Part shown: piece after piece, positions 50,301 through 61,358 of the stretch | Position numbering within the stretch: position 1 is the first letter of the stretch | Layout of the letters: each line of letters begins with the position of its first letter | Source: Bilabrum cf. latius | Taxonomy: Eukaryota | Direction: 5' to 3' | DNA: 64,000 nt | Assembly: GCA_965178125.1 (NCBI GenBank) | Contig: OZ237739.1 | Coordinates: forward strand, 806,001-870,000 | Made by a program: the position numbers and the translations under genes | The notes under the pieces: model-generated | Seen by the model: the letters and a program-made list of their open reading frames with translations, nothing else | What the model was told of the DNA's origin: nothing | Database searches by the model: none

Positions 50301-51536
50301 CGGGGCGCGCGTCAGGTGACAGCATATCGGCCCGAGCCTGGAGCTGCGTCCAGCCAGGGCTCGTCACTATTCGGCGTGCCTATCGTTGCAGCGGGTGAGT
50401 CGGCCCTGAGCTCAGCCGAGATGCGACAGGTCCGTCGGTCCAGGAAGGCTCACACCGTGCTGCACGGTTGGAACGTCAAGGAGCCACAAATCGCAGCTTG
50501 GCCGACCAAGCAGGGCAAAGCCAGCATCAAGATGGCTGATCGCTCGCTGCGATCTAGAAAGCGCAAGGCTGTCAAACCGCGCTCCGATGCCGACTATCTC
50601 ACGATCCGCGCTGCATGGATTGAGGGCGAGGTGCTGGCTGCGGCTCGGTCTGTCGTCAGGAAGGTGTCATCGCAGGATGGAGCTGCACTAGCAATCCCTG
50701 CAGTCCCTGGGTCTTCTGCAGCAGCATCCAACAGGCGGGATTCATACTTGGCGGACAAGCGAGACATTGGTGGAGCAGCTGAAGCTCGCCCGTCGTCAGA
50801 CGATGCTGCAAACAGCGCGACATCTCTACGGCGAGATGGTTCAGACAGCAAGTCTGGAGGCAGCAATGCAACCATTGCGCAGCGGCCAAGTCAGCAAACA
50901 GACTGGCTTGGTCATTTGCTCAATGACGGCAAGAAAGCAGCAGCGCAGAGAAGCTCGACAGTATCGACAAGGCCGCCCTAGAGCCGTCGACAGCTCCTAC
51001 AGCTGGCACACCAAGTCCGCAAGGCCCGGCACAACCAGGGCACTGCCACCATACGCGACGAGTTCTCCATGCGCTCAGAACACGAGCGCTTGCAGAGTGC
51101 AATGGTCGCCGAGTACCGCAAGCTGGACAAGCCCAGAGTTGGCGACCAAGACGCGATGAGATTCAAGTGGATCAAGGCGCAGAAGGCAGCGCGAGCCCGC
51201 CTGCTGGAGAGAGGCACAATCCTGCCCATGGGCATCGCCAACAGCATGGACGAAGTTGACATAAGCGATATCTTAGAGCAGTGGACTGTGCCTGGCAGTT
51301 CCTTAGGTTCCAGCGACGCGCGCACACCATCGCAGTCAACGTCCAAAAGGCGCCGCACCATGGGCCGCTCCAAATTGTCCATCCCGGGAGCACGGTCGGC
51401 TTTGGTGGCGAGCAGGTCATTGCTGAGTAACTCCATGATGGGAGGCTCCCAGGGTCACGCTGGCGGCTCTTCTTCCATGGAAGACGAGTTCTTGCTGTCG
51501 CTATCCCAGGGTCTGCAGCACTCGCTCGAGCAATGA
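47364..51536 (+). CDS. Hypothetical protein, about 1390 aa
   Basis: Seven listed ORFs lie in one frame separated only by TAG, with a terminal TGA at 51534. No family recognised. Confidence 0.7.
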
Positions 51537-51571
51537 GTCCTCCAGAAGCAGCGGTGAGTGCGAGTGAACGC

Positions 51572-53326
51572 TCAATCCCGCTATCTTCGCCGGCGGCGCG
51601 GTGACTGCTTGCTTCTGCTGCTTGCTGCTGGGGCTGCTAGGATGAGCGCCCGCCATGTTGCGTGAGCGTGCGCTGTGTATTGACACAATGCTGCAACCGA
51701 TGCATCATCAAGTTTCGCGCGCAGCCCACTTGCACGGTGATTACCGCTGCAATCAGCTTCCATATTTGCCGCCGTTTCATCTATCCACTGCAATGCCAAC
51801 GCATTTGCAGCGCTTTGATTCTGGCCAGATTTCGCATTTTGGCCTCCGCTTCCAGACCGCGAAGCCACTTTCGCAGCTGTTAGCAGCGCTCGGACATCAT
51901 CATTCGAGGCCCTCTTGGACTGTAGCACCATAAACATTGCCACTCCGTTTTCTATGTCTGACGTGTGGTTGTCGGTCTACACGCGTACAACGCCTGGTAG
52001 CCCGTTGAGTTTGGACAAGCTCGCCTGGCTCAAGCCCTCTGTTGGGAGCTGAATTGCCAAGCACCCCTACACTGCACCCGATGACACATCGCCTGAAATA
52101 TTGCTGTTCCTATCCTCATATGCGGGAACGAATTTGTACTGCACAGCAACTTCTTGCGCGCACGCTCCGTCAGCATATTTGAGCCGAAGCGGTGACCCTG
52201 CCTGCATGTCTCTCTTGGCCGTGGCGAAGATCGTGAGTTCCTTAAGCTTCCTGCCTGGCTCCACGGCACCAACCTGCCGCCCCCAGCCGAGCTTCGGGTC
52301 ATACATCTGCACGAATCCTGCTGGTGGGTCGAAGTACCTTTCGTCCCGCACAGGCACCCTGCCAAGCTGGATGTCACCCTCCTAGATGCCTCCGAGACCG
52401 TGGTCCATTAGGTCCAGCAGTGGCACCATGGCAAGGGATGGAGGAGCTGTGACCCAGTCACACCATAGCGGACGAGTAGTGCTCGCTAACCGCACCTCCC
52501 CATCAGCTATAGCCTCGCCCGTTTCTCTCGCAGGCTCACATTCGCGCCAGGCCGCCACTGCTCGCAGTGCGGATTCTTCCTGGGCAAGGCTTGGACGGTA
52601 GCAGGCCTACTGCGCTTCGATACCAACAGCATTATCACTACCTAATACTGAACTAGGGTCTTCGCACCTTGGGCGCACATTCATGGTCCCCAAATCGAAC
52701 GCTCTAGAGTTGACCATCGAGTAGGCCCAGCGGAATGCCGTCTTGGCTCCTTCCAGCGACCCACAAGCTGCCCTGGCGGTCTGTGTAGAAGCCATCTGTA
52801 AAATAAGCTACTATTGGTCAACGATTACTTGCCACGGCTGCAGTAATTCGATATTTCCCTCCGCAAACTCCATTTGGCCCCCCAACCAGTTCGGCAATGT
52901 TCTAAGGAACCTATCCAGAGGCCTCTGCTCTGAATCCGCATCGTGTTTACACCGTTCAATGGCAAGCATATTAGCAAGTATTCCTTTGCAGAACTGCACT
53001 TGGGAATCAGCTGCTTTGGCTATCTGAACTCGGTCCCCCTGAGCAAGCTGGTCTGCGCAAGTGATCATCAGCCGAGCTGGCACTGCGAACAGTGCGGACC
53101 CCGACCGGACAGCAGTCCTTAATGCAACTTCAAGTTCGCCCGAGGGAGATATTCGGGGATCTAGCTGTGAGACAAAGGCTCCGAACCCTTGAAGCGAACG
53201 ACGCAGCCGCTTCGCAGATTCAATTCGGGCGAGTACCTCATCTGCCCTTGCAAGCAATGCTACCGAAACAGCACCAATCATAACAAATATTGCCATCCTA
53301 TGAATAGGAGCCATGTGACTTCGCAT
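51572..53326 (-). CDS. SET-domain methyltransferase (SETD3/Rubisco-LSMT-like)
   Basis: Motifs LFAVPARLMIT, FLRTLP, FRWAYSMVNSRAF, MVPLLDLMDH, AKRDMQAGSPLRLKY..VQYKFV. Joined via about 7 TAGs, including tandem TAGTAG at 52808-52813. Start Met uncertain. Confidence 0.8.
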
Positions 53327-53430
53327 GAATGTCCCAGAGCGTCGTTCATGAAATAGCAGCGCAGATGACGAGCGCAAAGCTGCATCGGCGAGCATGCATG
53401 CAAAGTGGTTGCCAGATTTAGTTTTGTCAA

Positions 53431-56400
53431 ATGAGCCACACACCAGATGGACTTTTAAGATTCCGGTCAAGCTCCAATGTCAGCTGCCTAGTTAACGTCG
53501 ACTCTGCACACTCCTCCGAAGGATCTGGTCGAGCAAATCGTGGCAGGGCTGCAATCGTCGCGGCTGACGGGGCTGCATCGCCGCTACGACAGGCTGTGGT
53601 TTCTGTTATGTCTTTCTCACGTCTACTCATTCACTTGTAGTGGAGGAAAACTCGCCATCTGGCTTGGAATAGCCACATGTTGCACCTCCCGTGGTTGCAG
53701 CAGGACGATGCACGGATTGTAGCTGTAACAGTGCACCCCGCAGTATCGTGCTTCGCAATTGCGAGATCAAATGGTGATTTAAATTTGGTCCGATTGGATC
53801 GCCTGTTTGAGCTGGCTGAGAAAGCAGCTTCCGCAATAGTGCAGCCTCGGGTGTATGGCACCAACGCAGCCAATCGATCTGCCTTGATCAGAGCGCGCGC
53901 TGGGCGGAGGGGCACGGCTTCTGAAGATCAACACGAATCATCTGGAGCGATTGGGCGGGTTACACGGAAGAAAGGCGATTTGTCGCACCTAGGCCTGCCG
54001 AGGCCAGGCGACAAGCAGTCTGCGTCGCCTGCAACCCTGAAGCGCAGGATCGCCGAGATGCGCAGCGGTCTCACAGGTTCCCGACAATCAAAGTACGATC
54101 CGTATGGGATCGCAAGAGATCATGTTGACGCTGATGGCGCGCAGTCGCGGCAAAAGAGAGCTGCGGTGGGCCCGGTGGGAGGGTCGTATGCCATTGGGAC
54201 AAGCCAGGGCACTGCAGCGAGCATCAAGGCATTTTCGGCGGCGCGAAGAGCCGCCGAAGAAGCTGCGATTGCCTTGCATGGACAGCAAGCCGACCATCGG
54301 CAGGCTCGGCGCGGGAGACTCCGCGGCCCCAACAGGTTGGGCCCAGGCGCAGGCTTAGGGGCTGGAGGTGGCATGCAAGGAGTGGGAGAAGCAGCACCAC
54401 AGCACCGAGTGACGTGGAATCCGCCCCTTGAGGCCCCCGAGCACGTTCCGTTGCGGATCCAGGCAGCGGAGGGCTCGGGCGGGGTTGTGATCCCGACTCG
54501 ACTGGCATGGTGGCTGGTAACACCCTCGTCCGATGGGCGGCTGGACGAGGCGGCTGACGCGCAGGACGTGGAGGACTCACGGGCCAGTGCGGGGATCGGA
54601 AGCGGGTCTTCTCCGTCCAATGGATCTGCAGCCGCGTAGGCAGATGACTCTGCTCGCGGACGGTCGGTTCTCGTGGTGGGTGGGTCGAGCGGGCAGGTGT
54701 GTCTGCTGGACTGCAACGAGGTTTGGCGGAAGGCCATCGCCACAGTCAAGGCGGGCATGGCTGCCACCACGGCATCGGGAGTTGGTGGCGCAGACTCGGG
54801 AGACCATGCCGAGCCGCAGACGCCAGGGGCAGACTGGGGCTTGCAGGTGCTAGGCTTGGTGGGCCTCGGGACGCCTTCCACCTCGTAGCATGACCTGAAG
54901 CAGCAGCCGTCAGCGCTGTCGCTGCCCGGCTCATCCTCCTCGCTGTCGCTTCTTGGAAGCCGCCCTGCCTCCGAAATGGGCTGGAAGTCGTTCACGTGGC
55001 GGCACGCGGCGGCGCGGGCGCTTGACAAGCCCCTGATCGTGTCTCCGGCGTGGAGCGTGGCTGGCAGCGACATTGGGCTAGAGAAGAGTATTGTCGACAT
55101 CCAGCTGCAGGATTACCGAACGTGGACCCTGGTCGGGAGGGTGGAGAATCGCACTGGGGGAGAGGGGGGCGGTGCAGGAGCTCGTCACCAGTACGCGGTG
55201 GACGGCGATGTGGTCGTGCTGGTGACTGTGGCAGGGGGCGAGCAGTGGACCTTGCCGCTGGAACTGTCTGCTTCACGGCTGCAGAGGCTTGAGGAGAACA
55301 GCAGTAGAATAAGGCGCATGTCCACCCCTGCAGAACCGGGGGGCCAGACGGTCGGAGAGAATCAGCAGACTGCGGTTGACCTTGGAGGATCGGATGACGG
55401 CCTTGAGCTGCGGCCAGGCGTGGACCTGCTGGGCATCCGCATGCAAGACATGCAGGCAGCTGCAGAAGCGAGGCAAAGCCAGCAGGACGCTTTCGATCGA
55501 GATGACGGAGACGGTGATCGTGGCTCCTAGATTGGCTCAGTCTTGTCCAGAGGAGGGGACTCTGTGGCCAGCCACCTTCGCAAGGGCAGGTCGATCGCGG
55601 GGGCGCGCTCCGTCGCTGCCTTCGGGCCGCGATCCCGAGGGTAGCTAGGGCGCACTAGTGCATCCACGGATGGACCTGGTGGGGGCTCTTCTGCTAGCGT
55701 GGCTGCTCCGTCTACAGCTCAGCTCACTGGCAGGGGTCGCAAGGTCCGTGCTGCCCGTAGACCTGTCTCAAGCGCTGGTGCTAGGGGCAGCACAGGAGCT
55801 ATGGAACAATCACTCAGTCGAGGGGGAACCAGCTTCCGAGTACCAAAGTTGCCTCCGACCCGAGAAGAGCGGAAGGCTATGCTTACCGCTGGCCTGCTCC
55901 CGCAACCTAGGCTGTATATCGTCCCAGGGTGGGAGGTCCTCTCTGCTCTTGATGCGGCCACAGAGTCGGGGCAGGAAGCTGAGGAAGCCGCCCAGTATGG
56001 TGCCGTGCTAGTGCGCATCGACCAGCTGTGCACGCGGTCCAAGGCTGACAACCACTTTGGAATTCATCGCACAACGGGCGACCTCTATCCGTCCCGCAGA
56101 ACTGGAAGCGGACGGTCCAAACAGACTTCCAAGCAACAGCTAGTGTGCGTTGATCCCACGTCAGCTGTGGTGCGAATCGCAGTCAGCGAAAAACACGGCA
56201 TTGCGGCGCTATCAATCCCATCGGCGGTGGCTGAGGTACCCGACCATCCGCTGGTGCCCAGCTGGATGCAGTCCGGCTTCGAGCCAGGGCAGACCGAAGC
56301 AGCCCAACACGAAGGAGCAGAAGGTTTTGGGACAGACGGAGGACGAAGCAGCCTGCTCGTTAGTCTGCCGGACCACTGCCAGCCGCTTCTCCCTGTCTAC

Positions 56401-58611
56401 CATCGAGATTAGAAGCGGCGGGCATGCGTTGCCGTGCACAGACAGGTGCTTTGGGCACCTCTTGCAACGCGGCTGCACCCACGAAGGCCGGACCTGCTTT
56501 GTGGAGTACCGCTGGGGCGGGTGTCAGCTGGTCGCGTAGTGGCCCAGGACGAGGAGCGCATGGACTGGGCTAGGTGTGTGCTAGAAGTGCTCCAGCAATG
56601 TCGAGAGCTGAGTAGCCTGGCGGCCAGGTCTGGTGTCCTTGCTCTGCAGAGAGAGGCCCTGCAGAGGCTGCACAGCGTAAGCATGCGGAGTGTTGAGGTT
56701 GTGGCAGCGGCCAGCTGTCAGCCGGGCTTGCGCGCTCTCATGGACGTGCCTGCCGTAGGCGTGCTCAGCCTGGCAGGCGTCATGCCCGTCGTGATCGCCA
56801 GCTCCAGCACCTCGGGGCGGCGTGGGGACATCGTGGACGAGGAGGTCATCGCAGTGGGGGGCAGCCAGCGGCCCGTCCGACGTATGATCGATGGAGGAAT
56901 TCAGCTGGATCGAGAACTGTTCGAATCCATGGATTGCTTCGGTGCAGCAACTCGTGCCGATGCTTCAATGCTGGAAGATGCCATCACGAAGGCCTCTCGG
57001 TCGGTTCTGGATCCTTCCGTGCAGATAATCAGGCTACCAGCCAAAGTGGGCACTGTGCGAAGCATCGGGAGCATTCGCGGCCTGCCGGTAGCCCCCGCCT
57101 CCATCCAGGCAGTCAGAGAGTGGTCAAAGGCCCAGGGGTCCAGCACTCCAATGCACGACGCAGGTATTGGGAAAGACGCAGACAAGCCCCCGCAGAGCAG
57201 GCTGCTTGTGCACGCCTCACGCGGGCTGATGCTCCTGGAGAGCAGCAGCCACCCGGACACGGTTTTGGCAGACGTGCATGCTGGCAGGCAGATCGCAGAG
57301 GCAGCCCTGCAGCACCTTGAGGATGTGGAGACCGCTTGGCACGTTGTATTGTGTGGCATCTTGGGGAGAAGCAGCTCTGGCGATTCGTTGCACCTGTTCC
57401 GCATCGTGGGGCTGGAGTGCCTCCGATTCGCGAGAGATTGCAGCGAGGGCCAGAGCTGGGCAACGGATGGACGGGGCGTCGGCTCTATCGCAGCAAGTGC
57501 ATCGAGCGGGAGTCCCGCGGGCGCATCGTATGGATTCGTATTCAAACGGGCTGGCCTCGCCTGGAGTCGCAAGGTGGACGCTGCGGTCGAGCTCGGTATC
57601 CTGGCGATGCTGGCAGCAGCGGAGACAGACGCGTTTCCGGGCGGGCAACTGCCTCCTGATCCGATCGTGGATGTGCTGGAGAGCATCAAGGCTACTAGTG
57701 CCAGCAGCGATGCTGGAGAGGCGAGCCTGGGTGCTGCGCGCAGCATGGCAGGCGAGTCACCCTCACGAGTGTCACACCACCTGCGGATGGTGGGCGTGGC
57801 GCAGCAGCTGGCTCGTGTATCGACTGCCCTCGGCTCGCTCCAGCCGGCCATGGCCCTTCTGGCCGCAGCATCGGGGACTGCCGCCCCCCTAGCATCGCCA
57901 TCTTCTTTCTTCTTGCGTCTGCTTCGGCGGTGGTCTGCATCCCATGCCCCGCCCACAGAGCAGCTCGACGCCGCCAGGGCCCGTCCATCCGAGGGTTTAA
58001 GGGCGCGGCTGCCTGCCCTGCTGCGGGGCATCACCGCGGCCAACGGGTTTCGTATGGGCAACGGAGCGGCAGGCAAGGCAGCCGCTGCTCTAGTGCAAGG
58101 GGCGGGCGCGCTCGCAGAGTACCTGCACCCAATCACTTCCCTCCCCAAGGTGCCTGCGCAGGCAGCAGCATACGAGGTGGCGATGGCGGTGGGCATGAGG
58201 GCAGCGCGGCTAGCCGTGTCGCAGTCCGCCTCCAAGTATCTCAGCAGAGTGGGTTACCCTGAGAGTCTGCCTTTAGTTCTGCAGCGGCTGCTGCTAGAGC
58301 CAGATGCTGCACTGCCGCTGTCTCTTCGCCAGCTGATGCGGCAGGCGGCGCTGCAGCATGTCGGTCTGCTGAGGGCCGGCAGCGAGAGGTTGGGCAGTGG
58401 CGGAGGTGGTTAGATGGATGACTATGAGCAAGCTGGCTGGTGGGAGGTGGTCGAGGCGTGGATCGGCATGTCTGGGGGCCATTCCGCCGCAAGGATCAGT
58501 GCAGCTGTCGCCCGGGCGCGTAGGGGCCTGCGAGCTGCCGACGGAGCTGCAGTGGCGAAAGGGTCCAGCTCGGTGCTACAGGAGATCATCTAGTGTGTTG
58601 CCGATGATTGA
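53431..58611 (+). CDS. Large hypothetical protein, about 1726 aa, with a possible N-terminal beta-propeller
   Basis: Six listed ORFs lie in one frame separated only by TAG, with a terminal TGA at 58609. WD-like strands (VTVHPAVSCFAIARSNGDLNLV; VLVVGGSSGQVCLLD). Confidence 0.7.
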
Positions 58612-58726
58612 ACCAGGAAGACCGTTTATTGTTCTTATATTGCACGCGACAGAGGTATCTATCGCACGTGTCAAGTTCCGCAACTACTAGCCGGCGCCGG
58701 CTGCGGCTGCGCAGCGCCGCTTCAGA

Positions 58727-61202
58727 ATGGATGCCGTTCTAGGCCATACAACAAGCCCAACTTAGCGAATGGACTGGCAGAAAGAATTTCGTGATGACAT
58801 TGAGGATGGTGAGATTGCATGCTTCGCAGCTGTAAGGCAAATCGTCGCTGCAAAGACCGCAATAGATAACTAATACAAGCGATGTGCCCCTTGCAGGAAG
58901 GCTAGGAGACGATGGCCAAGGAGCTGGTAATGACGATGGCACTAATGAACTACATTCAGCATATGCTGCCACAGAAAGCAGCACTCTTGACCTGAGCAGC
59001 GTTCTTGGTGCTGGCGCGGGCCGCGGTGGCAAACAGAAGGGCGGCAAGAAGGGTAAAAAGGGCAAGAAAAAGAAAAAAGACCGGGTTGCAAGCCGAACGG
59101 TGGCTGAAAGCACAATGGAGACTGCTGGTATGGGCTTGTTTGGCTCTGCTGCGCCGGAAAGATCGACACAGGTACTGTTCGCCGCGACTGCGGTGTCTGA
59201 ATCATCGCGAGCTGCCGCTGAAGAGCGCCATCGCGAGGCAACACAGCGCGCTGCTGCCTCCAGTGTGGCTGCAGCTGCAAGTAATGGCGCTGCATCAGAC
59301 CTTGGGGCTGCGTTTGAGGGGCGAGCCGACCCGATGGCAAGCGCAGCCGATGCTCCAGCCACGGCCGCCGAAATGCTGCTTGCTGGTGGGCCTGGCGCCG
59401 TCCTTCGCGGTGGCCCCCAGGGCAGGGTACGACGTGGTGGTCGAGTGGAAATACGAGAGGCCAGAGATGCCTTGCCAGACGTGCCTGAACTTGTCCGCCG
59501 CAGCCTCGCCAGCGCGTCACACCGCACCCCTCTAGCGCTCGTGGTTGCCGGTCATGTGGACGCTGGCAAGAGCACGCTCATCGGCCGCATGCTGTATTCT
59601 CTGGGCCAAGTTGGCGCCGCCACGCTCAGGAAATTCCGCAGGGAAGCGGAACGCGGCGGTAAGGGTTCCTTCGCGCTGGCGTGGGTGATGGACGCGGGAG
59701 GGGACGAGAGGGAGAGGGGCGTGACGGTGGACGTGGGGATGGGCTAGATGAGGATCAAAGGCAGAGATGTTGTTCTTCTCGATGCCCCCGGGCATGCCGA
59801 CTTCGTACCGAACGCCATTGCGGCTGCCGCAACGGCAGATGCTGGCCTGCTGGTGGTCCCTGCCCCTCACGGTGACTTCAAGCGTGCCTTTGCTACTATG
59901 GGGCAGACTCGGGAGCACGCCTGTCTTCTAAGGGGCCTTGGATGCAGGCGTTTGATCGTGGCAGTGAACAAGATGGATGCATGCGAATGGTCCAAGACCA
60001 GGTTTGATGCGGTCGTGGCCCGTGTGACAGACTTTCTCAGCCACGACGCCGGCTGGAACGTGCAGCGCGACGTTGCCTTCGTCCCTGTGAGTGGTTTCCT
60101 AGGCAGCAACGTGGTAGAGCCGCTAGGGCAGGCTTCCTCGCGGCCTGACTTAGGATGGACGGCACCCGCAGCCTCAAAGGAGGCCTCCGTGGGCTCTGCC
60201 GAGAGACCCGAGGACGAGGGGTCCATGGCATCTGGCGGCGACGCTCCCGAGCACGCGGAATCGGTGGCTGCGATGTGGTACGCCACTTACTGCGAGTCCG
60301 TGGTGGCGGAAGGCAAGTCGAGCATACTGACCGGCAGCCTGCCTGGGCCTGACGGCAGACCGCGGGGTCCCACTTTGATCGAGTGCATCGATGCGTTGCC
60401 TTCTCTTCCTACGGAGCTAGTGCTTGACCCGCTCCGGCTAGCTGTCTCTGATGTTCGGAAGGAAAGCAGCGGGGCGGTGTTTGCCACGGGCCGAGTGACG
60501 AGCGGGTGGGTGCAGCAGGGTGACAAACTTCTGGCGCCTCCTGCCGCTGACGATGTGATGGTCAAGGCGGTGAAGCCTCTACAGGTGGTTGCGGATGATT
60601 CGGCCGAAGGTTTTGCAGCCTACATGGAGTCGGACGCTTCCGCTGGTGCGGCTATGGGTGGAGTAAGCGAGGCGGATGCATTGAGAGATGCTGCAGGAGC
60701 CCTGTGGGGCGGCAAGAAGTTCAAGCCTTGCGGACTGGTTGGGCAGTTTGTTGAAGTTCAGCTGGGTGGGACGTCAGCTGTTGGTTTGCGCAAAGGTGAC
60801 GTCCTCAGTTGGGTTGCCAGCCCCGTCCCTGCAGCTGGAGAAATCAAGGCTCTTCTTCGGGTGCTCCCAGCGGCAAAACGAGGACCTCCTCTGGTGGAGG
60901 GTCTGCGCATGTCGCTTCACGCCCACAACTGTGAGACTCTTTGCAGCTTCACGAAGGTTGTGGCATTGGTTGAGCCCGGGGCATGCGTGGAGCACGGCGA
61001 CTTTAAGAAAGGGGGCGCAAAAATGCTGGGGAACAGAGAATGGCTGCAGGTCAGAATACGCCTGAGCAACCAGATCCCCCTCGTTCCTGATGGCGACAAG
61101 GCTGGTGCGGCGCATCCTCTCAGCACCTTCGTGCTTCGGTACAGCAACTTGACCGTAGCGGCAGGTCTAGTCATTCGCACATACGCCGGAGAACCAGTAT
61201 GA
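58727..61202 (+). CDS. HBS1: HBS1-like translational GTPase (ribosome rescue); probable intron 58809-58896
   Basis: [56 protein letters not shown]. The G domain is split by the TAG at 59745. Ends in TGA. Start approximate. Confidence 0.85.
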
Positions 61203-61358
61203 AAGGTTTGCAAGTATCATGGATCGCAAAATAAGGGAGATCGCAGTCAACAATTATTATATTTTATTTGATCCAGTACAAGATCTTGGGCGGCCCAACC
61301 TCCACGACAAATTGTGAGCGCATCGCCTAATGCACACCTGCTCCGATGGCTAAACCAG

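Noticed and set aside
58727-61202. Possible eRF3 linked to the code change
   Set aside because: The motifs ([24 protein letters not shown]) fit HBS1 rather than eRF3 (SWYLSW, GKTVEVG). There is no evidence of a causal link.
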